A DNA stretch of 63,237 bases, counting the filler, from Octopus bimaculoides (lineage: Eukaryota), in the NCBI RefSeq assembly GCF_001194135.2. It is 4 parts of 4 records of this genome, joined end to end, with 100 filler letters (N's around TTAATTAATTAA, not from the genome) between each part and the next. Parts side by side here need not be neighbours in the genome. Positions count along the whole stretch, not along the records: positions 30,937 to 53,841 come from NC_068999.1; 3 more parts are not named here. One strand, written 5' to 3'. The position numbers and the translations under genes are program-made. Numbering within the stretch: the first letter of the stretch is position 1; each line of letters starts with the position of its first letter. This document shows positions 37,799 through 50,479 of this stretch, piece after piece. The notes under the pieces are model-generated. The model had not been told where the DNA came from. It made no database searches and saw only the letters and a list, made by a program, of their open reading frames with translations.

Positions 37799-39277
37799 GC
37801 ATGTTTCTGTGAGTGTGTGTGTGTCTCTGTGCTTATGAATTCATACAAGGCACTCTCACGCTTACACATATTTACATGCAGAAATTCTTGGGTGTTGGTG
37901 CCACGCATACTTACATTTGTATATATCTATGAAGAATCCGGATGTACAGAGTAAAGTTGAATAATGAAAGCGAGGGAAACAATAAAACATAAGCTAGGAA
38001 GAGAGATAAAAGTGGAAAGGAAGAAGTTAAAACGGAAAATGTGCAAGCAAACCTCACCTATCCCTATGAACCAATAAACTTTACACCTCTTGTGAATTTC
38101 AAAACGTACAAGTGGCTATATTTATAGTCTTAATATCTCAGTAAACATATGGAAATATACTTGATTACATAATCATTGTTAAATCCGGTTGGATGCAGAT
38201 AAATATCTTTATTCTAAGACATATCCAAATTTAATATATGATATACGTACACATGTGTTTGAGCGGGCAAGAGCCTGTGTTTTTATATATGTCTATATTT
38301 ATATATAGATATAAATATAAGAATTAATTTCCGATCGTTTATGTGATCCGAAATAGAATATATTATATTTCATTGTCAGTAATATTCTTGTATAAACGAA
38401 CAGCTGTAACATTTCAGAAACTTTAAGAAGCCGAAGTAAATATTTTCTGAAGTTTCTTTACGTTCTGTTTTCACCTCATCACCCAGAACAACTTTATATC
38501 ATTCCCCCCTCCCTATACTATGTACAAAATAGCTATAAGTCAAGTACTTGGCTGATTTAAAACGCCTGGACGCATTTCCCCAAAGATGTAGCTTGGATAA
38601 TTAGTTTAAACCATACGAAATATATAATCTCGTTTCTTACAAGCCACAACTAGAATGATTTGGATGTAATCATTGTTCAAATCAAATCAAAGTTGGCTTT
38701 AGGTGGTTATGTGGTCGGCTAGCTATAACAACCAAAGTTTTATCAGATCGAATCCTACCGCCTTCTAAAAGGAATGTCACATTGGATAACTTATCTATGC
38801 AGTGCTTACAAGTAGAAAGTTTGCCAGTATTAAACAAAAAACAAAATATGATTATGCATTGGCGTCAAAACAACGACTATATAAGATTTTCATTGTACAC
38901 ACATACACAGTCTGAAAAAGGAAGTAGTGAGGATTTGGACAATATATATATTTAAAGCTTCCATGCTTTTCACGCATCCATCATGAATCCCTGAAAAGGA
39001 CGAACGCAGTAAACTCATGGATCTTTTTTGCGAATATTGACCGTCAACTTTTTCTTTTATAAAATCTATACACCACTCCAAGCACTCTCTTTCTCTCTCT
39101 TACTGTCTCTCCCTCTCCCTACCTAAATCTCTTCCTCCCTCTCCGTCCCTGTCTGGCCGTCTGTGTGTGTATGTGTCTGTCTGTCTGTATGTATGAATGT
39201 ATGTGTATAATATATATCTATATATATATATCTATCTATATATATATATATATATATAAGGAAGGCGTTAAATAACC

Positions 39278-39329
<52 letters not shown>

Positions 39330-39605
39330 ATATANNNNNNNNNNNNNNNNNNNNNNNNNNNNNNNNNNNNNNNNNNNNNNNNNNNNNNNNNNNNNNNNNN
39401 NNNNNNNNNNNNNNNNNNNNNNNNNNNNNNNNNNNNNNNNNNNNNNNNNNNNNNNNNNNNNNNNNNNNNNNNNNNNNNNNNNNNNNNNNNNNNNNNNNNN
39501 NNNNNNNNNNNNNNNNNNNNNNNNNNNNNNNNNNNNNNNNNNNNNNNNNNNNNNNNNNNNNNNNNNNNNNNNNNNNNNNNNNNNNNNNNNNNNNNNNNNN
39601 NNNNN

Positions 39606-39659
<54 letters not shown>

Positions 39660-39816
39660 TACAGACAGACAGACAAACAGACAGATAGACAGATAGACGG
39701 ACAGACACAGACAGACAGACAGACATACAGACAGACAGACAGACATACATACAGACAGACAGACACACAGACAGACAGACAAACAGACATACAGACAGAC
39801 AGACAGACAGACAGAC

Positions 39817-39861
<45 letters not shown>

Positions 39862-40290
39862 CTGCTACCCAGTCCTACTTCTTATTTGAATAATGTACAT
39901 GTATCAAGTTCCATAACTATATATCTAACCTGTAGACATATAAATGCTGATTATTTCCATATTCACCTCGGCATTATCAGATGAAACTTGATGTCTTGAA
40001 TCACTCCTGCTAAAAACATCGATGTAATAAAATATGACCACACAGGAAATGAATTATCAATAATACTGAAATATATTTGAAGAATATTACACGAAAAGTA
40101 AGCATGCAAAGAGTACTTCATGAATTCTTGAACAGAGTATGCTACAAACACATATATTTATTATGCTGTTTAATTCGATTAAACATGTTTTAAATGACTA
40201 AGTAAATGTTATATTGATTATAACTTTAAATAGTTAATAAATTTCAACTTAAAATTTAGTTTTATGAAAATGTTTATGCATGATATTTAC

Positions 40291-40428
40291 GATGGATGCA
40301 ACTTTACTCCTTTTGACAGTATATAGACTGTCTTTTTCTTCGACAGTCCAAATCATCTGAGCAGAGCCGGATTCAATACCGTGGCCTTTGATTCCACAAT
40401 CGGCCAATGTCTACAGTAAAGATATCAG
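40291..40428 (-). CDS. Candidate exon E2 with two alternative readings
   Basis: Strong pyrimidine tract TTTTTTCATTCTCTTCTTTCAATAAAG. Reading a: 40428-40380 (x)DIFTVDIGRLWNQRPR, donor CG|GTATTG. Reading b: CTGTAG|40410-40291 TLADCGIKGHGIESGSAQMIWTVEEKDSLYTVKRSKVASI, donor ATC|GTAAAT. Confidence 0.2.
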
Positions 40429-40949
40429 CTTTATTGAAAGAAGAGAATGAAAAAAACCGGTAGAGAAATATTATTCCAGATATTTATTTATATAATGAAA
40501 TTTGCTACAAAACCAAAAGGAGGTGAGCTATGTTCGTAAAATCCCAAACATGATCCATCTCTAGGTTGAAGAGATGAACTATTTAATACTTGTAATCTGT
40601 TCCCGAGATTGGGATGTATGACTGAGATGAATGATTATATTATATATATTCTGTCTAATTATCGATGTATAGAGTTATGGATACGTCGTCTGTGTATGTA
40701 AAAGAAGTAAAAAGCTGAAAAGTAAAACGCCTATCACACGTGGGAATATCACACAAATAGGAAATACAAATATGAATTACAACTGTGTAATGCGAGTATA
40801 TAACGCATGCAGTTCAATGTAGAATTGAAATCGGCAAAACACGGGTATATGTATGAATATTAACGAAGTTGTATATGTACTTCATAGATTTGACTACTAA
40901 TATATGAATGTGTGACTAGTAGTTCAAAGTGAAATCGATTAACAAATCG

Positions 40950-42407
40950 CTAGTGTTTAGATCAAAATCTAACATCTCTATTTTAAGTCCACCATCGATC
41001 AGTTTTAACCATGTCACTGTAGCTGGAATATATGTGACTCAGCATATTCATTTGATCAGTAGCTAGGATGAATGGCTATCTAAGCAGATATATTCAGTAA
41101 GCGCTTAAACTGTCACTGTCGAAACTCATCAGTCTCTTCGGCATTTAGTGATTTTGACCCCCGTCTCTGCATAAATAAGCACGCTGAAGAGCATCCCGTG
41201 CAAACTGGAAGGATAAAGAGCTGTAACACCGTAAAGATGATGTCCCCTTCATAGAATCTGACACTAAGATATTGAAATACTTAGCACATTTCTAAGGGAC
41301 GATGAGGCGGTTACAGAAGCAAAAAATCAACAGAGAAAAGTTAACATAAGTAGTCCTGCTGCTCAGCACATTGAGAGATAGAGCAATGATGTTCAAAATC
41401 TCAATGGGGCGTATGACGAAGGTACTCATTAAATTGCTATAGGTCCAGTTTGATCATAGCAATTTGAAACGGCGAGCAGAGATGGCGAACGCTAACCTTG
41501 CCCTCCCCCAAAGGCCTTGACTCAGTTCACGCCTCACTGGATAGAGACGTCTGCTCTTTCACTTTTTGAGGTTGTATTGCGTCTCACTTATCAGCTCCTA
41601 TTGAGTGGAGAAGAGGCTACACCGTATCTCATGATTCGCAGATATGCACTGAGGTTTCTTCATCTCCAGCGACTCTTTGACGGTTAACAGTCATGGTCAC
41701 TGTATTTTTCGACTCGGTTTTCAACAACCATCTGCCAGCCGTTCCATGGCATTCTGTTATGTACTAGTAGTACGCGAAATTGATGGCATTCTCTGCCTGC
41801 GTTGCTTTGAAGATCCTTCGAGACACCGTCCATCAAAATATTCCGGAAACGTCTTGACGGGAAAACATTGATAGTTCGTGAGTGTCTCTATAGGCACAGA
41901 CGTGTTGTCAGCCGAGTTTAGTCCAGAAGCGCGCAGAGGGACGGAACTGGTTGGTAGATACGCAAGTATTACTACCTTGTTTAGTTATATTGATCACTAG
42001 TTACCACACTCTTCTGCGGTCAAACCTTTGTCCAGTTTAACTGGAAAAGATAGTCATGGTGGAGAGAGAGAAGTGATGATTTGTAGCACATATGCTGGAA
42101 ATGACGTGAGTGGCAAATATGGTCCCGAAGAACAGGGTTTTTTTTTCTTTCTGAGAATGCGCCAGTATACGGTGAACAAGGTTATGAAGCGGGTTCTAGT
42201 GGTCAACCTGCAGGCGATTTGTGAAGTTTCCACGAGAAATCCCCAGGTATCCTCCCCGTTTTTGAAGAAACGTTCTTGCTTGAAACTGTTGTTCTTCTTT
42301 TGTTATAGTATTGTGTACATGCCTGCATATAACCCATATTGCATTGCATTATATTGTCCGATACCGTTGGAGATCTTTTTGTAAACCCTTCGAAATTAAT
42401 AAAAAAA
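40950..42407 (+). mobile_element. Heavily decayed L1/Tx1-clade LINE (RT domain to 3' end)
   Basis: Remnants of LDQSKAFDRVDH (TTTAGATCAAAATC..., 40955), YADD (RKDDV at 41230), YEAVTGAKIN (DEAVTEAK), MRRHALRL.HL..DGEQ.WS (MIRRYALRFLHLQRLFDG*QSWS at 41631); AATAAA plus A-run at 42398-42407; many stops and frameshifts. Confidence 0.7.
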
Positions 42408-42421
42408 CATTATTATTATTA

Positions 42422-42504
42422 TTGTCGTTGTTGTTATTTTTCATTTTGCTGTTGTTGTCGTTGTTGTTATTTTTCATTTTGCTGTTGTTGTCGTTGTTGT
42501 TATT
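42422..42504. repeat. 33-bp tandem repeat, 2.5 copies
   Basis: Unit TTGTCGTTGTTGTTATTTTTCATTTTGCTGTTG, between the LINE tail and a SINE head. Confidence 0.85.
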
Positions 42505-42630
42505 AGCGGCGAGATTGCTGAATAGTTAGCACGCTGGACAAAAGATGCTTAGCGCAGTTTGTCTGTCTTTACGTTTCCGTTTCGCGGAGGTCCACTTTGT
42601 CTTTCTTACTTTCGTGTCTATAAAATAAGA
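42505..42630 (+). mobile_element. SINE family B, 5' part
   Basis: GCGGCGAGATTGCTGAATAGTTAGCACGC..ATGCTTAGCG..GAGGTCCACTTTGTCTTTC. Confidence 0.7.
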
Positions 42631-42634
42631 ACTA

Positions 42635-42830
42635 CCTAAGCAGCGCATGCCTTTGCTGGTGGAGCTCAGTTAGAATTTTCTTCCGGTCGAATAGGACTCC
42701 CAATCCAAAAGGGTCTCTGAATAAAAGTTGTTTACGTATGATGTACGAAACACCTATTTTCCCAAATGTGAATTAGTGAAAAATCAAAGAATCCCTCTCA
42801 ACTGATGGTTGTGGTACCTCCTACCACATC
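42635..42830 (-). mobile_element. Family F fragment
   Basis: Reverse complement GAAGAAAATTCTAACTGAGCTCCACCAGCAAAGGCATGCGCTG matches 13776-13818. Confidence 0.65.
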
Positions 42831-43052
42831 TGTTTGTGATAAGAGATTCAGATTTCGTCATCACCTAAGGGGGCATAATTAACTGGTTATGATCAAGGAG
42901 TTTACAAACAAGTCTGTGGTACTGAGAAGAATAATTGCTCTAGCCCATCTTTTAAACCAAAATAAATTTATAAAAATGTTAACACTTCTAATCAGATAGA
43001 AGCAGAATACATGATGGGAATTCTTCTTCTTCTTCTTCTTCTTCTTCTTCTT

Positions 43053-43083
<31 letters not shown>

Positions 43084-43149
43084 TTATTATTGTTGCTGTT
43101 GTTGTTGTTGTTGTTGTTGTTATTATTATTATTATTGTTTTAATACTGT

Positions 43150-43420
43150 GAGCTTGCAGTCTGTGCTACGTTCTTAGTTCAAATTCCACCGAGGTCGCCT
43201 TTGCTTTTCATCCTTTCTGGGTCGATTAAATAAACGACAGTTATGCACTGGAGTCGATGTAATCGACTTAATCCCTTCCCCCACATTCGAGGCCTTGTAC
43301 TTCCAGTAGAAAGGATTGTTGTTGTTTTAGTTGTTGGGCAGAATCGTTAACATGGAGGCAAAATGTTTAGCTACATTTCAACTGACTCTATGTTCTGCGA
43401 TTATATTCGCTGAAATCGAC
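43150..43420 (+). mobile_element. SINE family B plus start of a second copy
   Basis: TTCAAATTCCACCGAGGTCGCCTTTGCTTTTCATCCTTTCTGGGTCGATT..GCACTGGAGTCGATGTAATCGAC..AGTAGAAAGGATT. Confidence 0.8.
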
Positions 43421-43589
43421 ATCCGAGTTAGCTAAAACAAATTATTCGAGAAAATAAACCACCGATCAAGTTCTTGGATTTAATCAATCTATTTGCACTT
43501 GTTAATCAATTTAGGACCTGAGAAATGGCTAGTCTCGTTTCTATATTAGAACAAATTAGAAATTTATAACAGTGATTCCAGACGCACTG

Positions 43590-43750
43590 ATATGCTTTCA
43601 ACTAGACATTACTTGGTTGGTACTATATTTTTCACTCTGAAAATTGAAGTCAAATTAAGACTTTTGGGGATTTGAACACAAGATTACATGTTCGTAATTA
43701 AATTCTTGAAGGTATTTCATTCAACTCTGTACTTATTTTACATTCTATTG
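43590..43750 (-). mobile_element. SINE family B, degenerate
   Basis: TTGGTACTATATTT..AAGTCAAATT..GGGATTTGAACACAAG..ATTCTATTG. Confidence 0.5.
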
Positions 43751-45368
43751 TTTCCCTCACTCTCAAACGTATTTCAATTTAACCACAAATAAAAACAACA
43801 GCAACATAATAATTGTATGAAAACAAAAGTGAACATTAATTAATATTTCTTATTAAATTATGGTTATCATTTCTCTATTTTATATTATTAAAATAGAATA
43901 TTGAAATTATATGTAAATTTTACAATAATGTTTCTGTGCAACAAGAATTATTTTCGTAATTTAATTGCTTCAAATTATTCACAATATTTTATTATCTTTT
44001 GATTGCACCACCTGCTTCAAGGTGGTTTCGTTGTTTTCGTTGTTTCAGTTTTTTTTCTTCTAATGGGATTCTTAAATTCGAAAGATACACAATAAAACAC
44101 AGTCATTAAATGCCTTTCACATTCTTGATAATACAATAGCATTGAAAGTCAGCAATATTTTGGTTTTGGTACTTGGTATTGTGAGGAAAAGGATTAAAAA
44201 TCAAATCGACCAAAAATTATTATGCAAAATCTGTACAATGTTTCATAGTTTGAATATGATATTAAATATTTCAACTAAGAACGATGCATAAACCATATTA
44301 TATAATATTTCTACGAATCGCAATAAAAATTGCCAATGGTTCAGCTGCATATTGACACATATGTCATTAATTAATTATTAGTGTTATGGTTTAAATAACT
44401 TGTTATTTTAAACCAATTGTTTAGCGAATATGTTCAGTCTTGTCGCCATTAACATGTATTACACGGTTAAATTATACAAATATTAAAGTCAGTGTTTGCC
44501 TGTAAGGGTTTCTTTAATGAGCATGTTTAGGAAACATCATGTATAAAATTGATAATGTGTTATTGAAACAGTAGTCAGTGAGATATAGAATTAGATATAT
44601 AAATACAGTGAATGATAGAAAAATATAGGATGATAGTCGAAAAATTAGTTAACTCCTACTTGGTATTCTAGTCACTCATAGGAGTACATTATATCACAAT
44701 AACGATCTTGTTCCCATTTCATAGTAATTGATGGTGGTTGTGAAGGTGATGTGTAACACTGGCGCAATATTTTGTTAAAGTAAACACAGCAGTAAAAAAC
44801 TCGTCTTCTTTAAATCACAGACTGCCTTTTCTAGAATGTCAGTCCTTTTTTACGACTCTAGTCTCTGATTAAAGTCGGACGACATTGATGCATTTTAAAC
44901 AATTTATTTTCAAGGATATGTTTCAAAAGTATACATGTCGTTGATTACAACACATCTTTATTAGTTACTAGTGAAAGAATTCATAATATATAGAAACAAC
45001 TTGCAAGGAAAGATATTCTATTCAGTTATAAAATGTAATATTCTCTAAAAACAGGCCACATTTATATCAAATTTGCTTGAACATATTCTGTACTTTGCTT
45101 TAATATATACTGCTGCATTTTAGCATCGAGAGAGTATTTTAAAACTACGCCATGTTAACGTTTAAAAGTACGACTTGGATTATATCTTTAGAGAATCATT
45201 ATTGAATAAGATTAATTATAACAGAAATGTCATACTTGATGAATTAATGCAATTGAACTTGTAGTCGTTACACAGAAAACAATTGGAAACATCAAAATGG
45301 CCTTGATTTTTCAGTTTCCACAATGATTTCTCTCCCTTCCATCTCTCTCCCTCTATCATTTTCTCTCC

Positions 45369-45412
<44 letters not shown>

Positions 45413-48400
45413 ATATCGATCGATCGATCTATCCATCTATCTACCTATTTACGTACGCACCTATCTGTCTATTTATCTCCCTCTGTCTCTCTCTCTGTAT
45501 ATATATATACAATTTCGCATGTACGCACACATACACACATACACATATACATGCATACACATGTCGCTATACGTTCATACAGTCGCATTGAGAACACACA
45601 TATATCGATTGATAAGATCAAAAACCTGAACCCCACTTTTATCACATTTATGTAGCTTAATGTGTTTGCGTTTAAATACTTCACTGTCTGTCTGTCTTCA
45701 CTATACATCTCTCTCTCTTTCTCTCTATCTATCTATCTATCTATCTCTCTATATATATCTATCTGTCTGTCTATCTGTTTGTGTGTGTGTATTTCCACAT
45801 ACACAACAGGCTACCATCCAACTTGATTTATCAAGCAGAGTTAGAGGTTATTTGTCAAACAGAATCTAGCTTAGAATTCACTTTCCATACTCTGGGGCTG
45901 GACTTCTGCTTTGGGATTGAACTCGAAACTCATAGATTCATAGTACATTTCTTATTTACACAGTCACATGTGATAAAACATGTCATCAATATTAACTCTC
46001 TTGATTAGTATCTCATGAATGGATCAGTAGTGAAGAAGACATAGTTCCCTCCTAGTTTTCTATGGAAAAATAAGAAAAAAGTGTGTGTTGTTCACAAATT
46101 ACAGAGAAAAATGCTATTGTAAATTGTTTGTGTGAAAGAAGGATAAGGTTAACGGAATGTGTTTGATGAGGCGTAATAATTTTCAAGATTTTATCAACGT
46201 TTCGTGAAACACTATACATGTGACTGGTTTCATATTTGTTCTGTTGTTGACGGATCATTGATATTTCCACATAAAACCACCAATTTCGATATTATGACTG
46301 ATTGATCACTTTAGTAATGTCACAAACGAAAATAGTTTTAGTAGAAATTAAAACACATTGTGAGACACTGAATATTATAACAGTTTTAATGAGGTTTCGG
46401 TTCATGAAACAGTCAGCAAACTATTCATATAATGTAGGGAAAATGAATAAAAATAAAGGTTTTAATAACAATTTGTCAGATGAAGCGCATCGATTGATTG
46501 GCTTGACCGTCGGGGATCTGTATACATTTCTAAATTGGAAAACAGTCTTTTATATTAAGGCGTAACGTCATTAATTTCACTTTTGATTGGGAAATATACT
46601 TTATGATATTTTATATGACCTTCGAAATATTTATATATATAATTGATGGAAAATGGTGCAAAATATGATTCATTTTCATGTATCTATCAAACTAAAAGCA
46701 AAAAGAGCTCTATCAGAGCAATGAAAACGAGGGACTTAACAATGCTTGTCGGAGTAAATAGGTACTTGAAGTGAGAATTAAGTATTTAACTGGGCTTGAA
46801 AATGGATGATATTTTTACAAGCTTACACTGCTCTACATCAGTCGTAAAAAATTCAGTTAATCTATATTGCTTTAGGATCTAATTCATTCACGTACCAGTT
46901 CATGCAATGCAACAAGAATACAGGCAAACATTAAATTTTCTATTCAATAATTACTCAAATGTTACTAAGAATGGCCTAAGAGGTACGGCACAAAGGTTTA
47001 ACAAATGCTAACCAGTGTCTCGAAGAGAACGAATGATTAAAAGATACGTAATTAAGGTTTAATGAAAGCTAAAACTAATCTCTTGTTCCAGCCGAAAACA
47101 GAATTCATACATTTTAATCCGAACGAGGTTAAATAAGCGTGTACTGAAAACGCAAGTTCTAAATGAATACTTAAGTTTACTTTTACTTATATAAACACAT
47201 TTACATCTGCATATACGATATATAGATTGTTAGTTGTAAATATATTTTTACATTATTTACACATATACACACATACACAAACACACGCACTCACTCACAC
47301 ACACGCACAGTATAATATAATACATAATGTAATACAGTATATACATACATACAATTATACATTCATATATAGTGTTTGTTGTTACTGAAATCGTAAGTTT
47401 ATTTACATCTTTGTTTGCGCGTATATATATATACATATACACAAACACACACACACACNNNNNNNNNNTATATAATACTGTTTTCTACATGTGCAAGGCT
47501 GCTTAAATTGCCTATATTGAAACCATGTTCGAATTATTTTCAGATAACTTTCGGGGTGAAATATTTCCTTTGTCTTTAAAATACTAAATAGCTACCGACT
47601 TTCAACGAAAGAACAATTGTTATGCTACATTAAAATGTCTGCTTCAGGTCTAACAATGTTATTAAATGTATTAAATTCATAAATGACGTTTTCTAGTTTA
47701 ATATCCTAAGGTCTGGAATCAAAAGCAAAGTTGTGTTATCTTTGAATTATGTTGCCGTTCCTGCTCTACCTCGTTTCATAAAAATGGTTCTGTATCATCA
47801 AAGGTAGCAAAACTCTAATAATGTTTATTGAGTGGCGTGGAGAGATTGGTGTCTATCGATCGAAAGAATCTCTGTATTATTCAATCTTTCAAGCTTATTG
47901 ATTTATTCAAATACTCTCTTTCACTGAAGTTATATAAAACGATAACCAAAAGCAGGGGTTATATGAAGCATTTGTTAATTGCATGACTGCTTGATGAATC
48001 ATGTCAAGAAAGAAAGCATTGTAATTATTAAAAAAAAAATTCCATTTTATATTATTTTGTTATCAGTTCCTTCTGTGACTAGAGGTTAAATGATTTTATG
48101 CGAAATGCTATTAAAAGTAAAACAAGAATTAAAGGGATTACATTGAAAACAGAGAAGGCAAACCTGATATGTAATGACACAAATATTTTGTATACTTTCT
48201 GTTATTTTAATGTTTCTATTCTGCTTCTTTATTTTATGAATTTTAAATATTTAAATAAAATATTAATTTTTTATTAGACACAAATAAACGCTAGGCCACA
48301 GGCAATAAGCGATATTCCGCACTGAAAATATTTACTAGGTTTATAAAATGAAAAACTCAATAAAAATCTAATCAGATAATTTATTTATTTCAACTTTTTT

Positions 48401-49134
48401 TCTTTTTTAATTTATATGGAAAAAGAAACAACAACAAACAGATAAGCATAAAAAAACAAAAAAAAATAATAAAAATAAAAACATTGCAAATAATGTTGCG
48501 AGATATTTTGCTTCTATTGATTTAGTAACGGTTTATATTGTTCAGACGCCACTAAAATATGTTTATAAACTCAGAAGTTTAATTATTGTTTTTATAGTAA
48601 TATAATTCTTATACAAATAAAATTAACAATATATGTGAACTATGTAACATATAACACATTTTCTGTTAGTAATACAATGCGTAACGTAATGAAACTAACA
48701 GTAAAGTTAGTATACGGCACAATTATCTCACATAATTTTTTAGTTTCCATTATTCATTTATTTATTTTTTTTTTTTTTCAAGTTTCGCCGAAACTGATTT
48801 TGATATTTATCTGCCCATAATATTGAAACAAATTGAAGACAAAAAGAAATCGACAATACTCGATTTAAACAAATCTACTCGTAACCCAATTAACATACAT
48901 ATACAGATGCAATAATTTAACATCGTCAGTTTTGTACCCTAGGATTAATGGGTATTTCGTATTTTACAACATACCCCTCACCGTCCGACGACCTTGTGTG
49001 ACCCAGCCTAGATCTATCTCGAAGTGTCATTCTACTGACCCTACCGACAATCGCTTTTCAACGGGAGCCATCTACATCATTCTTAATGGTTTTTCAACTC
49101 ATTGCAATAATAATGAGAATTCTATAGAACTTAC

Positions 49135-49182
49135 TGATGCCGCATCCTGCGAACACTCAGTTGGCATACCTTCTTCTCCCAT
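49135..49182 (-). CDS. Candidate first coding exon E1 (MGEEGMPTECSQDAAS)
   Basis: ATG at 49182-49180 in good context (A at -3, G at +4), in-frame upstream TGA; donors AAG|GTATGC (after 49170, phase 1) and TCA|GTAAGT (after 49135, phase 0); unique, relatively CpG-rich surroundings. Confidence 0.25.
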
Positions 49183-49438
49183 TCTTGCGGCAGACGTTCA
49201 AATAAGCTGGTACTTAGTTGGGACTTAGTTTATTTCCTCACTTGCGTGAAGTCCAAAAGCAAGATGATAGGTGGCCTCAAGAAATTTTCTTCATGTCACT
49301 TTCAAAAACTCTGTCCTTATACTTTGGAGATTAACACCGGAATTTATTGTTTTGACTTGTTTTCGGCCTAGATCGGTCTGTCCGTCTCTGCTTCTCTCTC
49401 TCTCTCGCTATTTATCTATCTCTCCTACTTTTTTCTCT

Positions 49439-49484
49439 CTATTTTTGTCATCCCCCCTCTCCTATTTTTGTCATCCCCCCTCTC
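49439..49484. repeat. Perfect 23-bp tandem duplication
   Basis: CTATTTTTGTCATCCCCCCTCTC x2. Confidence 0.9.
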
Positions 49485-49518
49485 TCAATAGCAATGACGT
49501 TTCTTATTTTTTTTGTAG

Positions 49519-49621
49519 ATGTGACTTTGAAACTTTTGATAGCACTGAATCCTTTGCGGATTTTCTCAACAACAGTTCTAAGGAATTGACGATATCTCCA
49601 GCTGTAAAGTCCCTTAAGCAG
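49519..49621 (+). CDS. Candidate plus-strand exon (103 bp)
   Basis: Acceptor TTTCTTATTTTTTTTGTAG|A, donor CAG|GTACTT; only one frame open: (x)CDFETFDSTESFADFLNNSSKELTISPAVKSLKQ. Confidence 0.2.
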
Positions 49622-49689
49622 GTACTTACAACAACTTGCATGTCTCCTCTTAGAGCAGAGGAGACATGCAAGTGCTTTCACTAAGTACC
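49621..49689. other. Hairpin: perfect 17-bp stem, 6-nt loop, 8-bp basal stem
   Basis: ACTTGCATGTCTCCTCT (49634-49650) / TAGAGC / AGAGGAGACATGCAAGT (49657-49673); GGTACTTA (49621-49628) pairs with TAAGTACC (49682-49689). Confidence 0.9.
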
Positions 49690-50277
49690 GTGAACCCTAA
49701 ATCGAATACATCATGTTCAAGTGATAAAATATATGAAATACTGTAAGTCATTTTCAAAAGTGGATTAATTGTTGATTGGAATCTGAGAGAATAACAATAT
49801 TTGACAATATTTCAATATCCAAATAATAAGTTATATGTGAAATAGTAAACAAAGTACCTTTAATTTAAAGCTTGAGTATAATATCACAAGTCATCACATG
49901 TCCAGAACTAGGTAGAAAACCTGCAGTTACCTTTTCTTTGAAGTAACTTTATGATACGTTCTATTTCAGATAACCGATTTCGAAGAGCATAAATATTATG
50001 GATGGATGGGTCAAATGAAATTAGTTTTTGCTGGCCAAGATGACCATGCTTCTCTACAAACATTTACAGGTGCACTTATGTATTGTCCAATAAGTGTGAA
50101 TAAAGATCGATATTCCATTCAGTAGTTTATGTAATTTGCAGATAGGAGAAAGCATAGCTTTGGTTGGACACGATGTGTGCAGTAGAATAGTGTTTGGTGC
50201 CACTTCCGTCTATGAGGATATTCATCCTCTCTGTTCATCATATTGGTTTCAGGAAATACACTATATATGCATACGGG

Positions 50278-50430
50278 TGCAGACATGGCTGTGTAGTAAG
50301 AAGCATGCTTCTCTACCACATGGTTCTGAGGTCGCTCCAATTGCGTAGGCTTTTTTCTACCATAGCTTCGGGCTGACCAGAACATTGCGAGTGGATTTGA
50401 TGAGCAGAAAATGAAAGACGCCGGTCGTAT
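50278..50430 (+). mobile_element. SINE family A, 5' half, degenerate
   Basis: CATGGCTGTGTAGTAAGAAGCATGCTTC..CCACATGGTTC..GTGGATTTG..GAAAATGAAAGA. Confidence 0.75.
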
Positions 50431-50438
50431 ACATATAC

Positions 50439-50479
<41 letters not shown>

